A stretch of DNA of 57,946 nucleotides. It comes from Psammoneis japonica (Eukaryota). A program made the position numbers and the translations under genes. Positions 26,222 through 38,512 of this stretch are shown here, one piece after another. How positions within the stretch are numbered: position 1 is the first letter of the stretch; each line of letters opens with the position of its first letter. The notes below the pieces were generated by a model, which worked only from the letters and a program-made list of their open reading frames with translations, was not told the DNA's origin and did no database searches. The stretch spans positions 1 through 57,946 of the forward strand of contig QPGO01000318.1 of the NCBI GenBank assembly GCA_008632985.1, given 5' to 3'.

Positions 26222-26864
26222 GGAAACGAAGGAAAGCAGTGTAGTTTGAGTGAATGTGAGAAAGGTAGAGTGCAAAATTGGAGTTTAGTATACGTAATGA
26301 GGTGTGCTGATCAACTAGAGAAACTATGGGATGTAGAAACTGGTGGATTTTTCCAGGGTAGACACGCGAGAGTAGGAGGGAGTGTATGAACGCAGGCGAT
26401 CAAATAGGAATGAATACTCTTGTGTGTCTGATTGCGATTTGCTCTTGCGCACTCTAGAGCACTATAGTTAGTCGTTTTCGGTTCCACAGAAATACGGTAT
26501 TTCCATTACCGTGCCTGCTGGCTAGCTACGCAAGCTCAAAGTACGTTCCGGGAAACTTCTTACTTGTGATCGCGTTGTCTCGTCTGTTGTTCTAGCCTCT
26601 TTATGAATACACTTCAAACAAAGAACAAGACGAAGATCTGGTGAACATAAAAGTCGAGAATTGAACTTCTCTAAAGGTCGGCAAAAACGCTGCCTTAATC
26701 TCTGATTCTCAAGAATACTTCGTTCGGAACAGAAGTGAAGTACTTTTGAAAGCCTACACTACTCCATTGTGTACACTATACATCTAATCTTGACACTTTA
26801 GAGCTGAATTGTTTGCCACTGATTCAAACACAAAATATTCAAAACTAAAATATGCAATAATTCA

Positions 26865-29800
26865 CTACACCCCGTCACCAAGACCTTCTGGCAAGGGATA
26901 ACACTCGTGACAACAGTCACATTCAATCTTTCCATTGTTGGAACAGTCAGCCGCAATATAGGTCAATTGGTGCTCGGTTCGTAAATAACAAACCTCTGCC
27001 GGGACGGCTCCGGACAAGTCATTATTGTAAAATGTGAAGTCGTGCAGCTCCAGCAGCTCACCAAACTTGGAAGGAACGCTTCCGGTTAACTTATTTTCGT
27101 GGATTCGCAGCTCATTGAGGGAAACCAAATTGCCAAGGGCAAGAGGCAACGATCCCGAAAGTTGGTTGGTAGCTAGATTCATCTGTTGGAGGGAGGAGAT
27201 TTCACCATAGAGGGGTGGAATGGTGGATTCAAACTGATTTCCATCCAGATACAAGCTCTCCAACGACCTGAGTTTTGCCACACTGTGTGGGAGCGACGAA
27301 ACGAACTGGTTGTTGCTCAGCTGGATCTCTTTTAGATCACGCAATCGATCAAACATGTCGGGAACGGTTCCTGTAAAGTGGTTTCCACCTAGTAAAAGCG
27401 TCTCCAAAAAGAGCAAATGAAAAACGTCCTCAGGAATCGTTGAGTTGAGTAGTTGTTAGACAAGTCAAGGTGCTTCAGCTCTACAATATGCTCAATGCCG
27501 GACGGGATGCTGGAGGTGAATTTGTTGTTTTCGAGACGAAGTTCGACTGTGCGGTAAGAAGGAGACACGTGTAGGGAAAGAACAGAGAGAAATGAGCATA
27601 GGATAAGCGCACATCATTAAGAGATAGAAGAATGAGGCACAGCTTGTCACGCTGTTCGCGTACCTAACAAATGGAATTCTTCAAGGTCTAGAAGAGGACC
27701 AGTTAAGTTGTTGTGGGACAATCCAAGAAATCCTGGGAATAGAGAAGCGTGTTGAAAGACGCAAAAGAAAATGTCAGTCGACCAAATGGAAGAGACAACA
27801 GACTGCTGCAATGGCTCAACTCCACACTTACGCAAATTTCGAAGCATTGTCATGTTTCTCGGGGGGTCCCCAAACAGTTGATTCCTTCTCAAGTCCAGAG
27901 TTTGTAGCGTCCTGAGTCCACTAAGCTCTGCTGGGATTTGGGATTGGAGCTTATTGTTTAACAATACCAGATGCTCCAATTTGTGCAGGCCGCCGAATGT
28001 GGCGGGGATACCGCTATCCAGACCATTGTTCGAGACGTCCAGCACTTTCAAATTGTAGAGTTCACCAATGGATGGAGGGATCGACGACGTGAATGCATTA
28101 TCGGCAAGCTCGAGCTCTTCCAGAAGTGGCACTTGTGCGAACATATCGGGTATGGGGCCAACCATGTTGTTGTTTGTCAAGTCCAAAATTTTGAGTTTGT
28201 CTAGACTGAAAATGGACTTTGGGATTGTTCCAGTCAAATCATTGTGCGACACTGACACGTGCTCAAGGGAAGGCATCAAGTCGATCGCATCTGGAAGCTG
28301 TCCAGAAAACTGGTTGTCGTCCAAGACGAGGTAGCCTGTTTTAGAGAAAGAGGAGTGAGACCAAGTTCGATGCAAGGACACGGTCACATCAGAAATAGCA
28401 TTGCGCTTTCAAAGAATTCTTACGCAATTCATGAAGCCTCGTAAAGCGAAGCAGCTGACCCTGGAGGAGATTGTAGTGCAAGTCGAGCGTTTCTGTGGTG
28501 AATTCGCAATGCACAAAATGGATTGTGTCAGCCCAGCGAGATAATTCGTAACGCCACACGCCACTCGTCACTCCATGTCAAACTTACTTAGTTGCGGTAG
28601 TTCGGTAATCTCGGACGGTACAGGCCCTTCGAGGTTATTAACGCCAAGACTAAGGGACAATAGTTCTGGCAAGCTTCCAATCTGGGAAGGAATCGTTCCA
28701 TTCAGATAATTTGTAGGCAAGTGCAATGCGACTGTAACACAAAATAATGAATGTGAGATGCACCACTTCAAAACCAAGACTATAATACGAATGATGAACG
28801 CTGGCACTTTCAGTGACTTACCCAGTTCATTCAATCCTCCGAGAGATGTCGGGATAGTTCCACCAAGGTCATTATTTCCTAGATCCAAGACGTTGAGACT
28901 CTTCAAGGCTGACAGCTCGGATGGAATGGTTCCCGGGATGCCAAGCTCCGCCAGATTGACAATCCTGACGGGAAGCCACTGGTCATGGAATTCTTCAGTG
29001 GAGTTTTCTTGCTGCATCGTTTCGTTGATCGAGAGACACGAGAGTCCATACCAAGAGCATACGCTGTCTCCCGACATCCAGTTGTCCGTCGCGTTCCACT
29101 CCGTTTCTGGTACAATATACACAAAGTCATCGTCTCCATCCTTGTTGACCGTGTTGACTTGATGAGTGCTAAAGAAAAACACAGCGAGCGCGTAACGCTC
29201 AAGCAGCAATTGCTTGTTTTTGGTCTTGAAGGTGCCGTCGGCAATCCACCTGCTGGAAGGCACGTCATAATCTGTAATCCAACGGAGCGCTACGTGCGTC
29301 GGAGATCCCTCGAAGTCAAGGTCGTCGCCGTTGGTAATGCCCTCGCTGACAATTTCATTCCAAACCAAACTCTGATGCTGCATGTTCTTGGGCTTGGAAG
29401 AAATAGGAAGTGCATAAATGTTTTCTTGAGCACTACCATTGCTGGATGATCCAGAGCCTGTCGCAAAGACAGCTGCGAAAATAACAATCAAGGGCAGAAC
29501 CACAAAGATGGTTGTGAGCACCATGATGCGCTGCCTTCGAGTACGACCGCACAGGCAAACGAGGCGTTCCCTCATGCCGTAGTAGCAGTTTATGATCCGT
29601 CCACTGATAGAGGAACAGCAGCGCGTCTTCTTCTCGTGACTGCCGCTTCCTCCGTAAGGGTTTTCCATGAGATTGACATTGTACAGATACTCTTCAGCCT
29701 CAATCATGGTTTCCAAGCGACGAGAGTGATGGGTCGAGTGACTGTTATCCATGGGGTCTCGATGACGAGAGTGATGAGACGAAGTGCTAGAGAGATTCTC

Positions 29801-30010
29801 ATTTACCATTTCGGCAACAAAATCTCGTGCCCTCCGCATGGATGCCTCTGACAGCAAGGAATTTTCATCCCCCCAATCGACACCTTTAAAGTCGTCGCGG
29901 TAGCTCGACTCCAGCTCATCTCGAATCCTTTTGCGCTCGCCTTCGCGATAGGCAGAATCAAGAGGATGGAGCTGCTCTTCCTTATGAAGAGGGGATTCCA
30001 CCGGGTCCAT
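26865..30010 (-). CDS. Type II membrane LRR receptor-like protein (diatom-expanded family), multi-exon
   Basis: TM segment IMVLTTIFVVLPLIVIFAAVFA; LRRNT region LLERYALAVFFFST...NWMSGDSVCSWYGLSC; many LxxLxLxxNxLxGxIP repeats; C-terminal ADC...CDCCHECY cap. Confidence 0.88.
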
Positions 30011-30289
30011 GGTTCACACGAATGTTGCACTTTGCAAAGAAAAATGAAAAACAAAAGCACGTGGTTGGTCGTTGCGAAAAATGATGACCAACGGGGTGAA
30101 CTCGGTCATCGTCATTTTGCCTACAGTCATTTGATTAAGCCACGAGGTCATCGTCTTTTTTGTGCATTCGCAGATTCTTCAGATTTGCGAAATGTAAAAA
30201 GTCATAAGGTGACGTGCGCGGCCGGCTTGAAGTCATTGTTCAACTGTGAGTCGTTCCTCAAAAAGTTGCTCACATCAAGAACCACTAAA

Positions 30290-31580
30290 TTCTAAATTGA
30301 AATCATTGGTGTGGGCTCTGCAGGATTTTTGTGCACTTTTGCACCACCAGAGAACAAAACTTGATAAATTTTGACTTTGGGTTGGAGATTGGGCAATTGC
30401 TCAAAGTTTTGCAGCATTGTGTTTGAGCATGTCTGCTCCAACTTGCCATTTTTGAGCAGCGCACATTGTTTTTGAACAATTGCCTTGCACAATTTTGAGC
30501 AATGGGCGAGCACTTTCCCAAAACACCACTGAAAAGCCATCAAAAGCAATCTCAGTGCTGCAAAATTTCCAACTTTCTTGTGCACGGCCAGCCACCAAGC
30601 AGAGAGCACCAAAAAGCAACTTTTTTTGCATTTTTGCATTGCAGCCACTTGCTCCATGTTCACAAATGCACAAGTTGCTGGCTGGCACCCCAGAAATGAT
30701 CATTGAATGCCTGCCAAACAATCGTGCCTCACGTGCCAAGCAAAAAGTCCAAGGAGTGGGTGCTCGTCAGTGCAGCATGCTTCCCTGGTTTGGCGGCATG
30801 TTCCACGCGGCATGTCCAGCACCAAGGAAGAAAAAAAGGGAGCAAGTGGGTGCAAGAACTGTTTGACTGCATTCTTGGCCATGCTCAGTGGAGACAACAT
30901 GAGGTCTCACCTTGATGCAAAGGCAGACACAGTGAAATCTCTCAAACTTGAAGCTGTTGAGTTTGTGCAAAAACAAAAATCACGTGGAGACTGTGTGAAA
31001 AGACTCAACCTTGGCTTCTTGCTTCTTTTCAGGACAAAATCACTTGGCAGCAAACAACATTGTGAAAAAGGAAGCCAGAAACAGCACCAAAAATGTGAAT
31101 CACCTTGACAGAGACAACGGCAAAAGACAGCTCACTCTTGCAATCATCCTCTGCAGCTTGAGTTGGCAAATTTAAGAAATTTTTTCACATGTGGTGCCAC
31201 CCCATTTGCTCCAGCCAAAATGCAAGCAACAACAAACTTGATGAATCTGATGAAAGCGTGCAGAGCTGTTTAATCATTGCCTTGTTGAGCAGAGATGACA
31301 ATGTGGGGTCTGAACTGCTGCATGAAAAGTTGAGTGTCTCTCTCACTCTGAAGTTTTTCTTTTTGTGAAAGGAAATGTTTGCACAGGCAGTTGGAGAAGC
31401 TCCACCTGTGTGTCTCTTTGAGGCAACCTTGTTCACATGAGGAGGAAAGAATGAGGCAGCTCAAGGCCTGCAGGACTCTGTGAGACACGTGCCACCTAAA
31501 TGGCAAACATGACTGGGGGTCTCACCTGGATGGGAAGACGGATGACAATGGCTCTGTCAAAGAAGCTGCTTGGTTTTTTG
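30290..31580. other. TpA/CpG-depleted block B (unidentified degenerate repeat)
   Basis: Abrupt loss of TA between two normal genes; the survivors are mostly TTA/TAA. Confidence 0.8.
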
Positions 31581-31802
31581 AAGAGAATTACATGCAGCAG
31601 TTACAGAATGCGACTTGATCAGGCTGGAAAATGATGCATTTATGAACTTCCGTACACGCAAGAGACAAAGCTAGCGCAAAAGCAGCATGGTAACTCATGA
31701 CCAAGATGCTATTTAATTTCGTCTACACTCTGACAAGCATGAGTCATCTTTTTTACGCACAGCTGCAGCATTCGTCATTCCCAGGCGGTCAGCCAACAAT
31801 TT

Positions 31803-32695
31803 TCAGTTACTCTTTGAAACCGCAAAACACGTTTGGGAAAAGAACATAGCCAACCTTTCAACGGCCCTCGGCTGCCGCTCTCTCCATGCGCTCTTGCAAA
31901 GTCCCACCCCGTCTCGTAAACTCCATTGAAATCCCAAATTTTCCAATGCCACGATTCGTTCTTGTGCCAATTTTCCCTGTCGATAATGCCGACGCATGGA
32001 CAGAACGAATTCTCCCAATCCCGCTGGATGGCTCTTGTCGTCGTTCTTTTGCGGGACATTGCAATTCCCATGGACTTGTTGGTACTCCGACAATTGCGCC
32101 AAGCGATCTTGGAAACACAACATTTTCGGACCGACATGCCATTCGAAACCCAGTCCGTTCAACAATTGAATACGATCCGGAGTCATGGTGTTTGGTTTGC
32201 CCTCGCGGAGTTTGCGGTGTTGGGTCCGTTGCGTACAGACCCACGTGCACAATTTCTGCAAGGTTGGATCGTTGCTTTTGGAGGGTAAATTGCAATGTCC
32301 GTGTGCGGCATGGAACAATTGCAATTCTTCAAACATTTCTTTCCACTTGATATGAGACTTATTCTTTAAACCCAGTGTAGTCACCTCAACCCGAGGAACC
32401 TTGGCTACTGGTTCGGAGGATGATGAGTCGTCTTGTTGTTGCATAGCAGTAGTTGTTGCTTTCTCTTTTTCAAAGCATTGAACTTTTCTTTGGTTTTTTC
32501 ATGCTTGGCTTGTTCCTTGGCGAGTGCCTTTTTTAATTTCTTGGTTTCCTTTTCGAGTGTCTTTTCGTGTCGCGTTTGTTCTTGTTCCAGCAAAAGTTTC
32601 ATGCGCTGCACTTCTGCCGTGAGGCGAGCACACCGTTCGTCATTCTGCTCTTGCTGAGCACGCAGAAGTTTCTCGTGGTCTTCTCTTGAAATCAT
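31803..32695 (-). CDS. Helicase-associated (HA) domain protein with N-terminal coiled coil, frameshift at ~32445
   Basis: Two HA repeats: WKEMFEELQLFHAAHGHCNLP...WVCTQR...RIQLLNGLGFEW and YQQVHGNCNVP...RIVALENLGFQW. Confidence 0.85.
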
Positions 32696-33111
32696 AATAT
32701 GACGAAACTAATGTGTATGGATGGTATAGAGGGGAGGCTTTACTTGTTGGAGATGGGAGAGATGCAAATACAAACTGCACTGTACCGGTACTTATTAGAG
32801 CTGATGTTGTTTGTTGTTGCACGAGAATAGCAGTGATGGTGTGCGACATTCATTAGTCCCCCCATCGCCCCCCCTTCAGAATGCCTGGTAAATTTTCACG
32901 TGTACGTATGGTATGATTGAATATGAACATCTTAGAGGGGGGAATTAAAAACGCAAGCCGGAGCGTGCGTTACGCACTCATTCACCGCAGCGGATCAAAA
33001 TCAAGAAACGATCGCCGAAGCAGAATGGATTGCACTGTATTGTATGGTGTCAATCAAGAAGAAGTCCCGTAATTCCTCCAACATGATGCCTTTGACAAAA
33101 GTAGTGTTTTC

Positions 33112-34249
33112 ATGCCGCTCGTATTGGGTGGCTTGCTATTGGTGGTGAACGTAGGCCACACGGTCTTTGCTCAAATGGCAGCCAACGACGACGGCAGTTT
33201 TCCGTTTCACGAGTCGTCGGCCGTGTTGGTGTCGGAGTTTGGTAAAATGATTCTCGCCATGGTATTGTTGGGGAGAGCGTACAGAACTACATCTTCAAAT
33301 TCTACTACTGCAATGACCGGGAAATCTCAAATTCACTCTGACCCGACAAATCATTGCGGAGATGGCTGTTCCCGGCATGCTGTACACCATGAGCAACATT
33401 TTGAGTTACACAACGGTGGGCTTGTTGGGATCTACCAATTATCAATTATTCAGCAATATCAAAATTGTCATTACAGCCGTCACCTTTCGATTGATTCTCC
33501 AGAAGCGACTCAAAGTCATTCAGTGGGTCTGTCTTTTGTTCTTGACCACGGGGTTGTTGGTTGCCACGACGGGAAACAACAACACGAGTGCATCATCCAG
33601 TAACAGCAACAACGATATCAGTTACTACGACAAGTCGCGACTGGTGTCAGGCTTTGTTCTCATGGTATTGCTCAGTTTAGCCAGTTCGTTTGCCGGTGTC
33701 TTTTCAGAACTCAAACTCAAGCAAGCGCCACAACACCCCATGCTTCAGAACGCCCTCATGTACGCCTGGTCGTGTGTTTTCTGTTTGGTGAAGTACAACT
33801 ACAATGCCAGCAAGTTGGATGGAGGATTCTTTCAAGGATTTTCATGGCCGCTCTGGGGAGCCATTTTGACGACTGCGATCTACGGACAAGTCGTGGCGTT
33901 GATCTTTTACTATTGTGACAATATCGTCAAGGTCTTTGCCAACAGCGCCACCGTCATTGCATCCGCCTTGGTGGATCAAGTACTCTGGAAAAAGCCGCTC
34001 ACGATTCAAATTGGTATTGCCGGTAGCATCATTTTTTGTTCCACCGTCATTTATTATGGCAATCATTCGCTCTTGCTGAGTGATGATGTACAGTTTTTGG
34101 AGAATCACGTGCGGCGATGGACCTCGCCCTTGCCGTTGCACAGTACTGCCGGCAAGCGACCATGGTATTCGCGGGCCCGCACGCTTTGTCTGGCGGGTAT
34201 CATTTGTTTGTTTCCTTGTCATTTTCTCTCTTTTCAAGCACCGAGGTGA
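33112..34249 (+). CDS. Nucleotide-sugar transporter (SLC35A-like), frameshift at ~33330
   Basis: SAVLVSEFGKMILA, MAVPGMLYTMSN, YQLFSNIKIVITA, SSFAGVFSE and YCDNIVKVFA. Confidence 0.88.
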
Positions 34250-35172
34250 TTGCTCCGCCCGTCGCAAGCAATTCATTAACGGAAATGCCGCTCCCCAAGG
34301 ACAACATGACGCACAATTCGCCCTGTGACTGGCCGCCTCCGCTTTATCATCCCTACAAAAACAACAAGCCCGATGACGGTCTTATCCAAGCCATGCAAAC
34401 GGCCAAACGCTTCTTTGATGAGCATCCCGACACGACCTTTTCCTACATTGATAGTGGAGGCGCCCTCGGTGCCTACCGCGATGGCAGTCTCATTCCGGGA
34501 GACTCGGATTTGGATGTTCGTTTTGGCATTTGCAGAAGTTGTGGTGGCAGCGACATTTCCCTGCCAAAACTCAATTCGTCCTTTATATCCGCCAATGATT
34601 ATGCCGTGTGGGGAGACGTTTGGACACGACGCCAAATTGTGATTGAAACTGACGCGCTTCACGTGCAACAGGTAAAGCGCGACTTGTGTTTGCACGAGTA
34701 CGCTCCCGGACAATCGTATTGGTTTCATCGTTCTGCCATGCAACGACGAGCCTTTCAATACACCTATGGCGACTTTTGGTTTGTGAGAATGCCTTGGAAA
34801 GGAATGCACAATGTGGAAATGTGGAACAATTACGCGAAGACCAACAAGAATCATGCCATTCCACCACCCGACGGCTTTCAGGCCAATTGGGACAAGAGTA
34901 TTGAACAAATTACAAAAATGGATACCAACAGAAATGGGGAAATATCGGAAGCAGAATTGAAAGCCCGTGTCTTGGCGGATGGAATTATTCCGCAACGTTT
35001 TCAGACTCAAATTTCATCACGAGAGCGCTGTAGGGCGGCAAAGATGATGAGCTTCTTGTTGAAGTTTAACGCTGAGCCCTTTGTTATTTCCAAACCGGCT
35101 AATTGTTTTCTCGGGTGCTTGAGTAATGCCGATCACCCCTTGTTTCGATTTCCCGAATGTAATGGAAAATGA
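34117..35172 (+). CDS. LicD/fukutin-family nucleotidyltransferase domain plus EF-hand; probably the C-terminal part of the transporter gene
   Basis: IDSGGALGAYRDGSLIPGDSDLDV fits the LicD consensus G.LLGA.R....IP.D.D.D. FQYTYGDFW and EF-hand DTNRNGEISEAE are also present. Confidence 0.75.
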   Translation: MDLALAVAQYCRQATMVFAGPHALSGGYHLFVSLSFSLFSSTEVIAPPVASNSLTEMPLPKDNMTHNSPCDWPPPLYHPYKNNKPDDGLIQAMQTAKRFFDEHPDTTFSYIDSGGALGAYRDGSLIPGDSDLDVRFGICRSCGGSDISLPKLNSSFISANDYAVWGDVWTRRQIVIETDALHVQQVKRDLCLHEYAPGQSYWFHRSAMQRRAFQYTYGDFWFVRMPWKGMHNVEMWNNYAKTNKNHAIPPPDGFQANWDKSIEQITKMDTNRNGEISEAELKARVLADGIIPQRFQTQISSRERCRAAKMMSFLLKFNAEPFVISKPANCFLGCLSNADHPLFRFPECNGK

Positions 35173-35560
35173 AAAAGTGGGTCTCTGCTCTTCAGAGCTG
35201 GCTGCAGACAGTTTTCGTCATTAGGCGACTTCTAAGGAGACATTTCTCGAGACTAGTCCTGGAAAGAACAATGTAGTACTACTATAGATTGGATTCGTAA
35301 GATACTACCTAATTCATCACCTTAGCTTTGCAAATCGCCACCTGTTCATTTGCATACAAGGCAAAAGTCTTACAAGAAAAGCATTAGTTTCCCGCAGTCA
35401 TAGTTCTAACTCAACAGTAGTGTACGGCTGCTTCCAAAGGGTTCCTACTAGAGGCTAGCTAGAGCTAATGCCACTTGGATCAGGACGAGTGCGTGCCAGC
35501 GAGGACGCTACCTAGCGAAGTGCGTACCGTACGACAGACGTGTGACGTCAGACCGTGGTT

Positions 35561-37750
35561 CACGCCCATCTCATTCTGGGCAACCCAACTGCGGCACTGT
35601 TGACAATGTCTTGCACATTTGCAATGCAAGCAGACCCGTCTGCTCCCCCTTTTGTGAATCCATGTCCTGCTTTAAGGACAGTCAAGAATGGACATGCTTT
35701 GGGGCTTGCACATGTTTGGTCATGATGCTGCGCTGGGCACAGCAGGCTGGGATTTCCGCCGCCAATTGAACTTGCACATTCTGCAATGCACCAAGTGGCT
35801 TGTCAGTTGGGTTGCTCTGGTCAAGCCAAGAAAATGGGACAATTTCAAGGAGAACACCAACCCAGCTGTGCAACACAACTGGGTGCAGACAAGAGAACAA
35901 TGAGTGTGAGCATGGGCACTTTGTGCCTGCCAAATCAATGCTGCTGGTGGTCACATCTGAGAATGACAACTGTCCAGGTCCGATGCCCATCTGTCTGGCA
36001 CACCTTGGGCGCAAATTTCCAAACTTCAACAAGTCTGAAGCACATTGGGAAGCTCATCTCTCCTGGTTGCAGGCAAGAACAGGTCAGCATGCCGCTGACA
36101 GCATCGCCCACAACAGCAACAGTGCCAGTGGACGGCATGGTGTCACTTGCCAGCCCACAGCTGACCAAACTGCCAATGATTCCTGATGCAAGATCTAGAG
36201 CCAACTGTGGCATGACAGCTCCACTTTTGACAATTCTGCAATTTGTGCAGTGACATGGCATGTCTTGAAGGCTGGAGCTCTGCTTGGAACTTTGTTTTGC
36301 AGATGGTTGACCTGCATCAAATTTCACTCATGATGGCAAGCCATTTAATTTGGAAGTGGCATGCACAACTGCTCTTTCTCCATGGTGATGTCTTCCTTGG
36401 CTGTGTCAATGTCAGGGCATCTGTCTCTTCATTGCAGTGCCTGGCATGCCTTTCCAAGGCAGATGCTTCTGGAGCACATTGCACAGAGCTGTTAGGTGTG
36501 TTGCCCGATGTTGCGGGCCACCTGCTGTGCTTTTCTGGCAGCTCCCTTCTCAATTGAGCAAGCTGTTTGCTCTTGCTGATGAACTCCAAGAATGAAGCTG
36601 GCTCCACTCAATTGTCTGTTTGTTCAAAAAATGCAATGAGATCTTTTTGATGATGCCAAGAACATCTCTTGTGGCTGCCATGTCTTCACAACATTGCACT
36701 GCACTTTGAGCAGCCTTGCAGCACTTGCACCAGCCAGCTGAACAAGGAAAAATGATGCGACACTTCTTCTTAAAGGGGCAGAAGAAGTGGGGCCTTCTTG
36801 AGCTGGCCAAAGCTCTGAAAATGAAACCCTTTGGCTTTTGCACTTGCACTGTCAATGCTCACAACAAGTGAATGATCACGCAAGGCAGGAGAAAAAAAGC
36901 AGGCCAAAAGGGGGTGGAGATTTAACCAAGACAACTTTGCTCTGTTGGCTGTTTGCTTGTGAGCTGCCACCAGCATCCTGCAACAACAGCACTTTGTCAA
37001 TGGCAGTGTTGTTGCTCTTGCATTTCCAGATGGACAGCAACATTTTGCTTGCATCACACTGGGTGGCACAACTCCATCATCAACAACAAGATTGTGGTGC
37101 TTCATTGTCATTTCTGACAACTCAAAATCTCCAGCCAGCTCTCCTGCAAAGTGAGTCATTCTCACCATTGTTTGCATGAGGCTCAAATTGCAGCAAAAAT
37201 AGAAAAGATTGTTGCCACCACAACCCACAACAAAACAGACTGCAAGTTTGTGTGCTGAGGTCCACCACAAGGAATTGTCTTTGCCAACAGAGTTGTTGTG
37301 ACTTGACATGAGTGGAGTGTGCAGGTGTGAAGTGCTCTCCTTCTCTTCTTGCTCTGTGACAGCACTGAGAGATTTTGCTGCTGTTTTGTTGCTGCAACAA
37401 TGGCAATGTTTGCCAGTTTGTGTTTCCGACACTGCCCAAGTTAAAACCACATTGACGCAAATCATCAGAACATTCGGTTGAGAGAGGCGCACACGAAAAT
37501 CCCGCATTTTTGCCTCTGAGGCACAGTGCAGCACAGCACTCAATCAGGAAGGGGTTGTCCAGTGCCCATGCACTGCCAAGGCACAAACAACAAATTGTGA
37601 AGGAGGAGACTGCCATGCTGAGCAAGGGCAATCATCTTGCTAGAACCCCACCACCCATTTGAACACACCACCACCACGACAAACAAACTTGTCCCCCTCC
37701 TGCTTGACTCCAACTCGCACAATTAAGTGCTGAGATCCATCCACAATGAA
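35561..37750. pseudogene. Hypermutated inverted duplicate of 48390-50553 (3' parts of the aspartic protease and phosphatase/LRR genes)
   Basis: Colinear reverse-complement match. Donor gtatatttacaatgcgag becomes gcacatttgcaatgcaag, and donor ELAGDVELSE becomes ELAGDFELSE. The donor intron is retained. Confidence 0.93.
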
Positions 37751-37759
37751 CCCCAACAC

Positions 37760-37990
37760 ACAAGGTTGACAATGCTGTGTGGGTTCTACTTGGCAGCCAC
37801 GAACACCTTTCTTTTCTTTTTTCAGTGGTGGATTTTGCACCAAATCTTGCTCCACACAAAGAAATCGCCCTCGCTCCAAATTTTTTGACATTTTTGCCAT
37901 GCACACAAGGTTGACACTGCTGCGCAGATTCTTTTTGATGGCCGCGAACACCTTTCCTCCGTTGCACCGTGGTGGATTTTGCACCAACTT
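37760..37990 (+). repeat. Degenerate tandem pair with a ~144-bp period
   Basis: CACAAGGTTGACA...GAACACCTTTC...GTGGTGGATTTTGCACCAA occurs at ~37760 and ~37904. Confidence 0.75.
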
Positions 37991-38029
37991 TCTGTGCACA
38001 TCATCCCAGTGGCTGCGCATCATTCCCAC

Positions 38030-38425
38030 GACGCGTTCCAGCCCTAGGTGGGAGCTCGTAGTACTGACGTGTGACAACAACAATTTTTATCATCCGTCGT
38101 ATGTTTCGTACGTAGATTTCTACGTGTGATATTAAAAAAAAATTGTCCAGACTCGCTGTTTTGCGAAGCCCCAGAAGTTTTATATAACAAATTTATAGAA
38201 ACAATAATGCGCCAGTTACATTCTTCAATGTCTGAAGAATGTAACTGGCTAAGTAAAAAATGATGTACTTCAATCATGTGCGAGTTTGTGCGTTCGCAAA
38301 ATTGCCTCATTTTCTGTTGGCGATCATTGACATTTTAATTACCGTATAATTTTACTACGGAGCTCGCACGTAGAAGTCTACGGGCCCAATGTCACACGGA
38401 TTCCCACCTACGTCTGGAACGCGTC
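38030..38425 (+). mobile_element. MITE copy 2 (not TpA-depleted), inserted in the 5' LTR
   Basis: 24-bp imperfect TIRs GACGCGTTCCAGCCCTAGGTGGGA and TCCCACCTACGTCTGGAACGCGTC; TSD CCAC on both sides. Confidence 0.92.
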
Positions 38426-38512
38426 CCACTTAGACTGGGATCTCTGTCAGGTTGTGAGCAGCGTTTGCGCTTTGCGCAAATGAGGCCCCTCCACCGACCA
38501 ACGACTTGACAC

